64,000 nt of DNA. Origin: Callorhinchus milii (Eukaryota). Below, piece after piece: positions 15,146 through 28,737 of the stretch. The notes under the pieces are model-generated. The model saw only the letters and a program-made list of their open reading frames with translations, made no database searches and was not told the DNA's origin. Position numbers and translations under genes: made by a program. Numbering within the stretch: the first letter of the stretch is position 1; every line of letters begins with the position of its first letter. The stretch spans positions 68,450,001 to 68,514,000 of the forward strand of contig NW_024704742.1 in NCBI RefSeq assembly GCF_018977255.1, read 5' to 3'.

Positions 15146-16490
15146 ACTCTCTCCCCCAGGATCACTGTCTACCCCTCACTCTCTCCCTCAGGATCACTGT
15201 CTACCCCTCACCCTCTCCCCCAGGATCACTGTCTGACCCTCACCCTCTCCCCAGGATCACTGTCTGACCCTCACCCTCTCCCCCAGGATCACTGTCTGAC
15301 CCTCACCCTCTCCCCCAGGATCACTGTCTGACCCTCACCCTCTCCCCCAGGATCACTGTCTACCCCTCACTCTCTCCCCCAGGATCACTGTCTGACCCTC
15401 ACCCTCTCCCCAGGATCACTGTCTGACCCTCACCCTCTCCCCCAGGATCACTGTCTGACCCTCACCCTCTCCCCCAGGATCACTGTCTACCCCTCACTCT
15501 CTCCCCCAGGATCACTGTCTGACCCTCACCCTCTCCCCCAGGATCACTGTCTGACCCTCACCCTCTCCCCCAGGATCACTGTCTGACCCTCACCCTCTCC
15601 CCCAGGATCACTGTCTGACCCTCACTCTCCCCCAGGATCACTGTCTACCCCTCACTCTCTCCCCCAGGATCACTGTCTGACTCTCACCCTCTCCCCCAGG
15701 ATCACTGTCTGACCCTCACCCTCTCCCCCAGGATCACTGTCTGACCCTCACCCTCTCCCCCAGGATCACTGTCTGACCCTCAGCCTCTCCCCCAGGATCA
15801 GTGTCTGACCCTCACCCTCTCCCCCAGGATCACTGTCTGACCCTCACCCTCTCCCCCAGGATCACTGTCTGACCCTCACCCTCTCCTCCAGGATCACTGT
15901 CTGACCCTCACCCTCTCCCCCAGGATCACTGTCTGACCCTCACCCTCTCCCCCAGGATCACTGTCTGACCCTCAGCCTCTCCCCCAGGATCACTGTCTGA
16001 CCCTCACCCTCTCCCCCAGGATCACTGTCTGACCCTCACCCTCTCCCCCAGGATCACTGTCTGACCCTCACCCTCTCCCCCAGGATCACTGTCTGACCCT
16101 CACCCTCTCCCCCAGGATCACTGTCTGACCCTCACCCTCTCCCCCAGGATCACTGTCTGACCCTCCCCCTCTCCCCCAGGATCACTGTCTGACCCTCCCC
16201 CTCTCCCTCAGGATCACTGTCTGACCCTCCCCCTCTCCCCCAGGATCACTGTCTGACCCTCACCCTCTCCCCCAGGATCACTGTCTGACCCTCACCCTCT
16301 CCCCCAGGATCACTGTCTGACCCTCCCCCTCTCCCCCAGGATCACTGTCTGACCCTCACCCTCTCCCCCAGGATCAGTCTGACCCTCACCCTCTCCCTCA
16401 GGATCACTGTCTGACCCTCACCCTCTCCCCCAGGATCACTGTCTGACCCTCACCCTCTCCCTCAGGATCACTGTCTACCCCTCACTGTCT
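15146..16490. repeat. 32-bp minisatellite (tcactgtctgaccctcaccctctcccccagga)n, about 40 copies
   Basis: Period of 32 (for example ggatc at 15541 and 15573). Confidence 0.97.
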
Positions 16491-16632
16491 GTCTCAGTAA
16501 CTGTAGTGCCTCACGCGCTGCGCGGTGTGTGGTGTATGTGTGTTTGTGCGCACGCGCCGCGCGAGCTCTGAATTCTGTGCCCAACGGTTTGTCGGACTGT
16601 GGCGCTCCGCCATCTTCAACCGCCGCAGCCTG
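16490..16632 (-). promoter_or_regulatory. Core promoter / TSS-like CpG patch between two tandem arrays
   Basis: The minus strand reads GGTTGAAGATGGCGGAG (YY1-type AAGATGGCGG). An NRF1-like GTGCGCACGCGC is present and CpG density is high. Confidence 0.6.
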
Positions 16633-17508
16633 AGCTGTGCTGTGAGGGGCTGTGCTGTGAGGGGCTGAGCTGTGAGGAGCTGTGCTGTGAGGGGCTGAGC
16701 TGTGCTGTGAGGGGCTGAGCTGTGCTGTGAGGGGCTAAACTGTGCTGTGAGGGGCTAAACTGTGCTGTGAGGGGCTAAGCTGTGCTGTGAGGGGCTAAGC
16801 TGTGCTGTGCTGTGAGGGGCTGAGCTGTGCTGTGAGGGGCTGAGCTGTGCTGTGAGGGGCTGAGCTGTGCTGTGAGGGGCTGTGCTGTGCTGTGAGGGGC
16901 TGAGCTGTGCTGTGAGGGGCTGAGCTGTGCTGTGAGGGGCTGAGCTGTGCTGTGAGGGGCTAAGCTGTGCTGTGAGGGGCTAAGCTGTGCTGTGCTGTGA
17001 GGGGCTGAGCTGTGCTGTGAGGGGCTGAGCTGTGAGGTGCTGTGCTGTCCGGTGAGGTGCTGAGCTGTGCTGTGAGGTGCTGAGCTGTGCTGTGCTGTGA
17101 GGGGCTGAGCTGTGAGGTGCTGTGCTGTGAGGTGCTGAGCTGTCCGGTGAGGTGCTGAGCTGTGCTGTGAGGTGCTGTGCTGTGAGGTGCTGAGCTGTGC
17201 GGGGCTGAGCTGTGCTGTGAGGTGCTGAGCTGTGCTGTGAGGTGCTGTGCTGTGAGGGGCTGAGCTGTGCTGTGAGGGGCTGAGCTGTGCTGTGAGGTGC
17301 TGAGCTGTGCTGTGAGGTGCTGAGCTGTGCTGTGAGGGGCTGTGCTGTGAGGTGCTGAGCTGTGCTGTGCTGTGAGGTGCTGAGCTGTGCTGTGAGGTGC
17401 TGAGCTGTGCTGTGAGGTGCTGAGCTGTGCTGTGAGGGGCTGTGCTGTGAGGTGCTGTGCTGTGAGGTGCTGAGCTTTGCTGTGCTGAGCTTTGCTGTGC
17501 TGAGCTGA
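16630..17508. repeat. Pentamer-based minisatellite, main unit 20 bp (ggggc/ggtgc-tgagc-tgtgc-tgtga)
   Basis: Directly visible 20-bp period with 5-bp indel variants. Confidence 0.97.
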
Positions 17509-17767
17509 ACAAGAGAGAGTCCCTCAGACTTTTCTCCCCATTTCATGTAATTGGACGGATGATGGATCGCCACCGTCAGGACGCCATCAAACACTGCAGG
17601 AGGTTTTTTTCTCTCTCTCCTGAGGAATCAGCTTGGAAGAAAGGGAAGAGGGTGGGCATGCAGCAGAGGGGGAAAATTCCTCCAAGCTGTGTTCTTGCGG
17701 GGATGATAGTAACTAACAATCCTTATATTTTGTATAACTCCTTTCCTCTAGAAACTTTTCACAGGAT

Positions 17768-18110
17768 ATAATAATAATGTTTGGATTTGATATAGCGCCT
17801 TATCACGTCTTCGAGACGTCTCAAAGTGCTTCACAGGATATACTGTAAAGTGTAGCGACTGTATTTTTTTGGGCAAAACGCCGTAGCCAATTGTGCAGAG
17901 CTGCGCTCCCCCAAACAGTCCTGGATTGAGTGACCACATTATTTTTGGAGAGATTATTGACCCCAGAAAGTGATCTGCCAATCGACTAACAACCGGGTTC
18001 TTACTTACTGTTAGCTAAACAGATGTGTGGAGTAAGGAAACATGCCTGAGGTTTTGCCCTGCCCGGGAATCAAACCCAGGTCCTCTCGCTTGCGAGGCGA
18101 GTCCTCTAAC
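17768..18110 (-). mobile_element. tRNA-derived SINE
   Basis: Reverse copy of the 42036 family. Confidence 0.85.
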
Positions 18111-18859
18111 CTGTAAAGTGTGACTGTATTTTATAGGTAAATGGAGCAGCCGGTTTGCACACAATAGCATCCCACAAACAGCCATGAAGAGAGGGATCAA
18201 TTTTTACGGGAATTGTTGGCCAGGACAACAGAAAAAACTCCCTTTTTTTCAAATAGTGCCACAGGATCTTTAATGTTCACCTGAACAGGCAGACGGGCCT
18301 TAGTTAAATGTCTCATCCAAAGGATGGGATAAGGTTGGTTTGTGTTGAAGGCAGGTTGAGGTATTGATTCACTGGGAAAATCTGTGTACCTGATTTATAA
18401 TGGACTTTGTAGATGGGCCATTGACAGGTGTCCTGCCTCTTGACTTGGGTATTATAATAATCCATGGTCATTCACAGCATCCAAACACTGCAAACTGCTT
18501 CACCTAATGAATTACTCCAATGTGCAGTGACCAACCCTGACCAAACACTGCAGCTAATGTGTTCAAGCAAGATTCCACAACAGGAATGAGATGAAGGCTA
18601 TTTGATCATTTTGTGTGTGAATTTGGATCAGAGAGGAATATTGGCTAGAACTCCCTGCTTTTCTTCAAAATACTTGTAGTGCCACAAGAATTTTAAAGTC
18701 TTATCAGAACGGGCATAAACAATCCAACATTGTTGACTTTTCCTTAAATTCTATGATGTATTTAAGAAAAGAAAAATAGTGTTTAAACTGGAACATTATC
18801 TCTTTGAGTCCATCTCTGGCTGAAAACCTTGTGGTTAGATTTCTCACTGTACTCCCTAA

Positions 18860-19280
18860 TTCCACTTCTCACAAGCTCCAGTTCACACAAAACAACAGCC
18901 AGTATCATTTTCTGCATAATCATTTTCCCATTCCTTGCCAGACTTCCCCAGTGGATCAACTTTAAAATCCTCATTCTGATCTTCAAATCCTTTCACAGTC
19001 TTGTTTATTTGCAGGTGGGCCTTCTGCCACTCTGTCCCCACCCTCTGGAACTCCATCCCACAGTTCCTCCGCCTCGCCCCCTCCCTTGTCACCTTCAAGA
19101 CCAATCTCAAGACTCTCCTCTTCGACCGTGCTTTCAATCTCACTGCCTCCCCCCCACTCTCCAACCTCCCCGACCCCAAACCCCCAGCTCGGGTCCGTAA
19201 CTCTGTCTGTCCAGCGCCTTGGGCAGGTCCTCCTGACGTGGAAGGCGCTTTACAAGTGTAATTTTGTTATTGTTGTTGTC
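18860..19280 (+). mobile_element. L2-like 3' end
   Basis: FKILILIFK and WAFCHSVPTLWNSIP, with TTG tail. Confidence 0.85.
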
Positions 19281-19964
19281 CCCTCGCTACTTATTCAATC
19301 TCCTTCAGTCTTTTCTGCCTGTGTCCCCTACACCTCTACAACTTTTTTTTACATAACAGGCACTGCGTAAATGAAGTTATTGTTATTTCTTTCTATGAGA
19401 ACGAAGGAAAACCTTTCAAATTAACCCTGAATTATTTTTTTCCCAAAATTCTGCACAATCTTAAACTTTAAGACAATAGTCTTCAGGCTAAGACCATGGT
19501 ATACTTTGGCAAATTCAGAGTCTCAGCATCTAGAGTTTGCAAAGGCATGTCTCGTATTTCAATGACAGATTACTGTTTTTTTGCAGAAAAATCAGTGTAA
19601 TTTATACACCAACACCACATGTGAAGTGCAAAATAAACTAGGAATTAAAAAGAGAATGCCATTTTAGTTTGTGAATTTCAATTACCGGAAGAATCCAGCA
19701 TCAATTTCTGTATTATGATGGCAACATATGTGGTGTAATTATGTTTCTAGAATTCAGTTACATTTTTGCAACACACACAATGTCATGTTCAGAAACAAAG
19801 AAGAAAAGGTCTAGAGGTGACCATGTCGCTTGAAACATTTTCAAATTCTCAAATGAACTGCAGCAAGCTCATCTCTATAACAAATAGACATGATGTCAGC
19901 CTGGCTCAGTTGGTAGCACTCTTGCCTTTGAGTCAAATTAATCTCAATTACGCCTGCCCATCTC

Positions 19965-20630
19965 CTCTGACTTTGCCACTCTCCATTCCACCCTCTACAT
20001 AAACTCCCCGACCCCCAACCGTGGCCACTCCCTCAACCTCGTCATCACCAATGGCCTAGACATCTCTTATCTGACCATCACAGACAAGGCCACCTCAGAC
20101 CACTTCCTCTTCTGTTTCTCCTCTCATATCACCCTCCCCTACTCCAAGCATTCCATCATTTTCCGCCTATGGAAAAAGCTTCCCCCTGAGTCCCTCACAT
20201 CCGCTCATCCTCTGACCTTCTCACCCTCTGGCCTTCCACCCGCAGTGATCCAGATGCAGCCATCAAGCTGCTAAACGATCACCTCTCCTTAACCTTCAAT
20301 TCCCTTGTACCCCTGAAAACCAGGTCTATCTCCAAACGTATCTGGTACAATGGTCATGCTTTGACCAAGGCTGATTCTGTGGGCAACACAGAAACCCAAT
20401 TGAAGGGGTTTGTACAGGAAATGGCGGGAGAGGAAGGAGCAAAGCTGTGAAGCAATGACTCGTTCCAGGACTTTGGAAAGAAAAGAGAGGTTGGAGATGA
20501 GGGGGTAATTGCAGAGCTGGGATGGGTCCAGTGAAGCTTATTTGAGGACTGGGGTGATGATGGCTGTCTTTAAGTGTGTGGGAATGGTGTCAGTAGACAA
20601 GGAGAGGTTGATGGTGTCTGTGAGTAGAGC
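19965..20630. mobile_element. L2-like fragment (endonuclease end, +) joined to an inverted RT-upstream piece (-)
   Basis: The + strand gives PTPNRGHSLNLVIT...SDHF (APE endonuclease C-terminus). The segment 20360-20630 is the reverse of the YPLISNLSFLSKVLER region. Confidence 0.6.
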
Positions 20631-21139
20631 AGGAGACAAGTTCAACAAGCCTGACCACCAACTCATAGCATTTTCTGTTCGTCAGTGGTCCAGCGATAAT
20701 TAGCCATTTGGCTTTTGAGATTTCCTGTCTGGAGGAAAAGCAGTATACAGAACCAAGGAGTTTTAGCATTGGGCTTATTGACAAACAGGATCTGGTTCAG
20801 GGTGGATTTCTCAAATATATACCTTTAAAACACGATGACTGCACTTTACAGTTAATCTTGTGAAGTGTTATGAGACTTTTCAACAACATGATAATGCACT
20901 ATCAAATGCATTTAATGTAAATTATTTTCTTATTATTTAAATACCGCTCTGTAGTTTCCAGATGAATACAGCTACCAAAGAAGATATTTCTGAACATCTA
21001 CAAACATTTTGTGTATTTTCACACATTTCTCTAAGCAGTTTCCAAACTCTACCCAAGGTCACAGAGCATAATGATCATTGCCATCTTCATAGTATTACAT
21101 TTTTATTATGATTATGATTCCACTATTACTGAACTTTCA

Positions 21140-21780
21140 ATGGGAAGGCATGTGTGCCCGAGCTGCGAACAGGAGGTTAGTGGCAATGCTCTCACACATT
21201 TCATGCTGAGGTGTGTTCCCCACTGTGAAGCTTGTAGGGAGTTCCTGGTTCTACCATGCATCTAGTGAGGGCTCAAACCTGTGCTTGTAGGATATCAAAT
21301 GACCAACTGAGGCAGGCGGGTCCACAGTATTCCGGGGCACTGCTGATGACAGCACAGCTCACCGGCAGGACCTGAAAGGGTAGACCAATCACTTGGGGCA
21401 AGGAGTCGTCCTACTCAGCTCCTGTTAACCCTGCAAGCAAAAGCCCTAACAGGTAGGATAGTCCTAGCTGGACAAGCAGCAGGAAAGCTTGACAGACAGC
21501 AATATCAATGACAAGTTATGTGGTTTTAGCTGGTTAGACTTCAGCAGAATCCCAATGCACACTCTGGGGTCCCCAAGCATTGGCTGTTGCTAATCTGCGT
21601 CTAATAGCTTCCGGAGCTAGGTAACCAGGATGCGTCCCTCTAGAGGGAGAGTCAATCTACCCCTATGTGTAGATTTCTATGTGGAGGTGGATGCATGGAA
21701 TTTTCTGTTTGGTTTGGATACTCTTAAGCACGGTGATGGATTTGCTCAATTTTCAGACACCCAACTGACCAAAAAATAAA
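21140..21780 (+). mobile_element. 3' part of a second non-LTR family (CCHC C-terminus, long 3' UTR; RTEX-like by inference)
   Basis: CPSC-x10-H-x4-C at 21155-21214; ends in cagacaccc...A-rich tail. Homologous segments at 22700-22860 (-), 35789-36310 plus 37241-37355, 38540-38882 and 50240-50550. Confidence 0.6.
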
Positions 21781-23044
21781 TTACTGATCTTTGTAAGCCT
21801 AAGTGGCAACATTTTTGCAAACATTGGTAATAGAATCTGGTATGACTGAGGTTTCTCTGTAGCCAATATTTATACTCACAGATTCAATTACTGTGAATGT
21901 CATCGTTTCTGGGTGGTAGATGTATGTGCTTCATACTGTTGAGAGTCAAGCATATCCAGAGCTCAAAATTTTTCGACTTAGTGTTGCAGCATTTTCTGTC
22001 ACATTCTAACTATTCAATTGTTCAATGGTTGATAATACCACAGTGATTAAATAAATATCTGAACAAAATGAGTAGAGGAACGTTCATGACGTTTTGCATG
22101 CACGCCAAATAGATTGGATTCTGAAGCAAGCAACAATGAGCTTGGCACCTCACAGACAAACGAAACTTTGTGGCTCAATTAAACAGCAGCATCATAAATG
22201 CTTGCAACACCAGGTGTGTCAATATGTTGAGTTTCTTTGTATGGTTTATCCTTATTGTTGATTATTACAAGCTGTTGTTCACCTTTGAGCAGATTGTTAC
22301 TTTTTCCCTATCATTTTTATATAACAAAAGGAATAACTTTAAATCAAGAAAGTCTCATAACATTTTTTTATCTATATTTCTTAAGGCTATGGGGAAAGAG
22401 TGGGGAAGTGGGACTAGTTTGTAGCTCTTTCAAAGAGTCGGCACAGATACGATGAGCCGAATAATCTCCTGTGCTGTAGGATTCTATGATTCTATGATTT
22501 CAGTTTTTGCAAAATAATTTTTTTTATATAATGGATTTCTTTTAACACTGTCTTCCTGGGATTTTATGTTGGTCGGCCTGATGTCTGACACTCATCACAA
22601 TGCTTAGGAGTATGTATGCCACCTACACAAGAACATTTTTCTGTGTTTGGAAGAAAATGCGTATTTCTTCAAGGAGGGACAGGGACACACTTTGCTTTTC
22701 TTATTCTGGAGAGTAATTAGCCTCAGGTTGGGAATCCCAGAGTGTGTGTTGGAGTATTGCTGGAGTTTAACTTGACATTGAGAATACTGTCTTACAAGCT
22801 TCTCATAGCTTACCTTTGCTTTGGCTTGCAGGGTGAACAATAGGTGAGTAGGCGTTCTTATAGAAGATGAGGACACAGTTGTTTGTGGTATGATCTATAA
22901 TCTTAGATTAAAGGTCTTTTAAAAGGTTAAATACTAGATATAGTTGCACGTGACATGACCTATAATCTTAGATTAAAGATCTCATAAAATGTTATTACCT
23001 CTATTGATTTCTCAGTCAGACAGCAGATATCACAGATCACTGGA

Positions 23045-24865
23045 TTGGTTTGGATGAAGAAGTTCCTCCGGAACATCCACCCTACATCCTTCATCAAGCT
23101 GCTTTTTAAATGCAACCAGTATCTGGGCCTCTACCACCTTTCCTGGCAACCTGTCCCAGCTCTTGATTGCCCCCCGCATAAAAAGTACTTCCTAACTTCC
23201 TGGTATCTGCCCTGAAGTTGCCCTTTACAACTCTAAACCTATATCCTGGTGTTCTATTGTTATGACACATCCTAAAGTATTCATCTGGGTTTACTTCTTA
23301 ATCCCATTTAAAATTGTGTACACCTCTATGAGGTCTCCTTTGAATTGTCTTCTCTTAAGACTTGAAGAGCCCGAGCTTGTCTAGTCATTGTTCTAAATTG
23401 AGCAATGGCAATCCAGAGTCATTGCTCATAGATTGTGCTGTTGCTCTTTGTGCAACCACTTGTGCCTGGACAGTCCCTTTATGTAGCAATGACTGGAACT
23501 ATACGTAATTTTCAAAGTGTGGTCTAACCAGAACACTTTACCACCTGAATATGATGGCTGGGGATCTAAACTCAACTGTTTTAGCAATGTAACCCAGTCT
23601 CCTGGTTGCCTTGTTTAGTGCTGTCTCACAATGTTTTGACATAGTTAACAATAAGTCAACAAATACCCCTGGATCTCTTTCAGCTTCCCCCTTGGCAAGT
23701 TCAGTCTCAATCACGGAGTGTTTCCATTCATTCGTGTTTCCTATTCTTGGATTGTATATGCAGCACCTTGCATTTATCAGTATTAAACTTCATTTGCCAT
23801 TTCTTGGCCTTGTGCATACCCTATGAAGCTCGCTTTGTAGAATCTTTGTCTGCCTCCTGTGATACCAAAATTCCCTCCAACTTGGCATCATCTGCAAATA
23901 TAACTATCTTACACTGGGTTTGCAAATCCAGGTCATTAATTTATACAGGGAACAGGAGGAATCTCAGTACAGTACAGACTCCTGAGGTACTCTGCTTAGT
24001 ACTCTCCATTTTGACATATCTCCCATAACAAAGACCCTCTGTTTCCTTCCCTTCAGTCAATTGTGAATCCATGTTTATGTTTTGATATCCAGTGACTATA
24101 GTGTGAGGAGGAGTCTTTCATGTGGTATTTTGTTGAATACCTTCTAGAAGTCTAGATATATTACATCATAGATAGGGCTTCTGATTTTCATTTTTAACTG
24201 ATAACACCAATACATCATCACTGATCCCCAAGAAATTAAATTGTGTTATCCAATAGACACCGGAAAAACACTGGAGATGATTAATCAATCCATGTTGACT
24301 TCAACACTGGGAGTTTTCAGACTTGCCTCAGTCTCATTCCCGTGTGAGGGGGAACGAGCAGCCAGTCCTGACATATCTCCGAGGTGAGGTTTTCGCTCAC
24401 TCTCTCTTGACGATCCCCTAGTGTGCCAACTACACATGCGATACTCTCGCTCTCCGCTTCTCCCTTTGTTTCTCCATGTGCTCAGACACATCCTGGGAAG
24501 TGTTCTCCAAACATCTTCTCATTACAATATATAAAAGGCAAAACCCTAGAAAAAAAATTTTGGGGACATCTACATGGAACTCAAATTGCTAAAATAACCC
24601 CCCAAAATTAATAAACATTGAAATACAGAAGCCCTAAACATAGGGCTTCCCACAGTCAATTTGGGCTGTCACCTCCTCAAAAAAGTCTTATGAGATTTTT
24701 GAACCTGTGTGGGCTGTCAATTATTAGATTATTTTATCTAGGTAATCTTCCACTTCCTTTCTGATGATTGACTCCATCATTTTTCCTATTATTGAGATCA
24801 GGCTAATGAGTCTATAGTTGCCAGATTTTGTTTTGTTGCCTTTCTTGAATATGGGAATATGGGAA
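23045..24865 (-). mobile_element. Decayed CR1 LINE (interrupted at about 24175-24690)
   Basis: The reverse strand shows NYRLISL, DVIYLDF..VFNKIPHERLL, FADDAKLEG and LVRPHFENYV-like motifs. Confidence 0.78.
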
Positions 24866-27279
24866 CAGCATTTGTTTGTCTCTGACCCTAAATCTCCCTT
24901 TCATTCCTCATACTCATAAGATACAATGGAAACTATTACAGCATATGGCACCTCCTAATGTTGTACTTCACACACTCTGCTACAGCTGTAATATTCTGGG
25001 AATAGATGTCAGATATGTGTTGCCCACAATTAAATGTCTTGATGCCCGGTAATCCTCACAGAGCAAATATGGCTAAATAGGCAGTTAAGTGTTGTAATTA
25101 ATGTCTTGCACATTGTTCCATTAACCTGTTTATCTGATCCTTTAGTCAATCTTTCAATGGCTTATGACTCTGAAACCTAGCATGGCTCCGGGTATGCTGT
25201 GTGTCATGGCCCATGCTGGGTCTCAGAACAGCAGACTAAAACAGCAGACTCCAGAGAGCACAAAATGGAAAAAAAACTGTTACGTATGAGGTGTTAATTA
25301 TCACCAGAGAGTCATATATTTCACCCCAATACTTTCATGTCTGTGAATTTTCCTTTGAGTGTGACCAATTCTTTAATCAGACATTTATTGCGAAAGGGTG
25401 CTCAGCAATTAATTATTACCAGTCAATTATCACCAGTGATAATTATTATGTTATTAAATACAATTGAGACAATGGAAAAACATTTAAAAACTGGGACAAA
25501 TGAAGAATTCTCCACAAGTGTGCCCTGATGACTTATATCTTAGTTCCTGACATAATATACCTGTCATATTCAGATGTATTTTTATATTTTGTTGTTGCAT
25601 TCGCAAGTCTCTTTGATATTATGGTTAATCTGTTTTGTGATTTCTTACAAGAGTTCAAATTGCAACAACCAGTGTTAACTTTGTTGTCCTGTTCATAAGG
25701 GAAATGCTTCACTAATGACTGCAGTGCCCATGTACATAATTTCCCATTATTCATTTCATGCTTTTGGGTTATAAAAATTGTTTTACAGAACAACTCTTCT
25801 AAGATATTATTTATGGTGGATAATATCTGTCACCTCCTTCAAAAGTCACCAGCAGTGTACTTTTTATAAATAGAAATACAAGCTGAGGAAAGATGATCTC
25901 CTTGCTCTGTAAGCCGATACGGAATGGCCTCCTTCTGCGCTCTGGATTTCTATGTTTCTGTGCTGGCATCCTGACTAGCTTCCTACTGAAATTATTATAC
26001 AGCCTTGGGTTGATTCGACATATAATATACGACAACCTAAAAATGCAAGTTCTTTAATTCTCTTGGAGAACAGTTACAGATCGCCAGGACTGTGGGTTCC
26101 TGAAACCTTGTTGAAGCCAAGTATTCACAGATCATTTTGATGCCCTCCAGTGGTAGCATGTGGAGCAGCAAAACTGCAACTAGTGGGCAACCACAGGTAG
26201 ATTGTTCTGCCTGTATGCCTATCAACAGTTTTATTTTAAAATCCTTCTTGCACTTTCTAGTTACCTTTGTTGTTCTTATTTTGAAGCTATGATTTCTTGC
26301 TGTTGAATGCACTATGGTTTTTCTTTAGACAGACAGCCATGCCCAAACCTGATATGAATCTTAATGATGTTGGCTTAAACACAGCAACAAGAGGTCCAAG
26401 TTCCAAGTATATAACTTTGCAGAGTGCAAAGCCACAGTTCTAAAGAAAATCAGTTATAATAATAATAATCCTTGCATTTGATATAGTGATGCCATTTGAT
26501 GCCTTATCACGTTGTCAAGACATGCTCTTCACAGAATATACTGTTATTATTATAATTTGTGTTTCTAGCGCTAAACAGGACTTTTTATGCTCCATTTAGC
26601 TTATGAGTTACCTGAGCTCTGGAGGTAGCCTAAGGCTGCTGATGCCTGATGTTCCCCACCCACTTATTCAGCAGACAGAATTCCAGGAAATGACTGCGAG
26701 ATGGAAACTTGCAACCTTTGATTCTAATGATTGCGGCTCTGTTGGAGATGGATGAATAGTTCAAGCCCTCCCCGATCCCCAGTCCAAAAACATAGCTGTC
26801 AATGTACCCGGCAGCTATTTATAAAAGGTCGCTCCCTCTCTCTCACTCACAAACAACTTTTCTTCCAAATAATGAATCACATTGTAATTGTTTGCAGGAA
26901 GTTGTTGAGTCATCCAAGTATAACAGCTTGTACTTTATATAGCACGTAGGAGAAATGTCTCAAAGGTGTTGACTCAAATCACAGTTATAATAATAATCCT
27001 TGCATTTGATATAGCACTTTTCACATCGGGAGGACGTCCCAAAGCACTTCACAGAACACACTGTAAAGTGAATTGACTGTATATTTGTGGGCGAACACGG
27101 CAGCCAATTGCGCACAGCAATTAGTTGCCAAGCCATCAACCATGAGTTAACACCCTAAAAACCCCCCCTCCTTTCCTCCATTCCCGGTGTTCCCCATCAT
27201 CTCTATGAAGCTTTTTGAGACATTAATCCTATGTAAAAGGTGCTATATAAGTACAAGTTATTGTTTTTGCCCAAGGAGA

Positions 27280-27626
27280 CATAATAATAATCCTTGCATT
27301 TGATAAATGTCTCATTGCATTTTCAAGAGTCTCAAAGTTCTTCACAGAATATACTGTAAAGTGTGTGACTATATTTTGTGGGTGAAACGTGGCAGACAAT
27401 TGCGCACAGTGGTGTCCCACAAACAGTCTGGATTGAGTGACCACATTTTTGTTTAAGGGGTTATTAACCCCTGGAAAAGCGATCCATCAATTGACTACAG
27501 TAGAGTTCCTACTTACTGATAGGTAAACAGAGGTATGTGGAGTTAGGAAACTTGCCTAATGTTTCATCCAGCCCAAGTCCTCTCGCTTGGAGGCGAGTGC
27601 TCTAACCACTAAGCTACAGGACTCCA
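27280..27626 (-). mobile_element. tRNA-derived SINE
   Basis: The reverse strand starts GGAGTCCTGTAGCTTAGTGGTTAGAGCACTCGCC; same body and tail. Confidence 0.85.
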
Positions 27627-28054
27627 TTGGCCTTCTGCTGCGCTGTACCCATTTCTATGGTTCTAGGATCCAAGATCTTGGTCAATGTGGGAACAAAGCC
27701 AATCACCTAGGCTTTTCTAATAGAAAAGTGCAAAAATATTTGCCCTACATTGCAGGGAAATTTGCCGAGCTTTGTGGAAATTGGTGTTATTGAGATACAT
27801 TTTACTGCCAACCTACATTTTTTCACTTTATTGATGAAAACCTGAGGAAATAACACATATTAGATTGTTGCAAAAAAAAGATTGATTTCTTCTTTATCAA
27901 AAACTGGGTGCCCCATTTTGGTGGTGGGGGACGGGGGGACCCCATTGTATTCCTGAAGGGCCTGGAGATCGCCCAAAAAACACCCGCAGGACCAGTGTCC
28001 TGACTGCTTGGCTAGAGGAGCTCACCAACTCCTGCCTCTGGGCCAAGCACCTCA

Positions 28055-28732
28055 TACAGACATAGAGACCCGGAGAGAGACAAACTCAGAGACCCAGAGA
28101 GAGACTCATACTCCCAACACAGAGGGATACACATTGTTCTCAGAGAGAAAGAGAGGCACAAATATACATACACACAGAGAAGAGAGAGACACATTCACAC
28201 AGAGATACTCATAAACACACACACATATAGAAGAGACAAACACAGACACATACATACAGAGGAGAGAGAGACACACAGACACTCACAAATGGACACACAT
28301 ACAGAGAGGGACACACTCACATAGAGACACTCACAAACACATGGCGAGAGAGAGAAACATAGAGAGACACATACACATAGAGACACACACAGACACACAT
28401 AGAGAGAGAGACACAGACACACAGAGAGAGACACGTACGCAGACACACATAGAGACACACACACACAGACACACATAGAGAGAGAGAGACACATGCACAG
28501 ACACACATAGAGAGACACACACACATACATAGAGAGACACATACACAGAAATACATAGAGACACATACACCGACAACATAGAGAGGGACACACACACAAA
28601 CATAGAGAGACACATACACAGACATGCATAGAGACACACACACACACAGATACACATAGAAAGAGAAAGGCACACACACACAGACACACACAGAGAGCTA
28701 GACAGACACAGAGAGAGAAATACACCAGAGAC
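28055..28732. repeat. Compound (AC)/(AG) simple repeat
   Basis: Interleaved acac/agag runs. Confidence 0.93.
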
Positions 28733-28737
28733 AATCT

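Noticed and set aside
15146..16490. 32-bp repeat of CRISPR-like length
   Set aside because: The units are head-to-tail with no unique spacers, there are no cas genes, and the context is eukaryotic.
14525..17594. ORFs of 188-268 aa with repeating peptides
   Set aside because: They are minisatellite translations.
19441..19497. ~55-bp similarity to 49333-49390
   Set aside because: Too short to interpret; most likely a remnant of an old dispersed repeat.
22604..22876. ORF with donor-like sites suggesting an exon
   Set aside because: Most of it is an inverted copy of the repeat family at 21400-21580.
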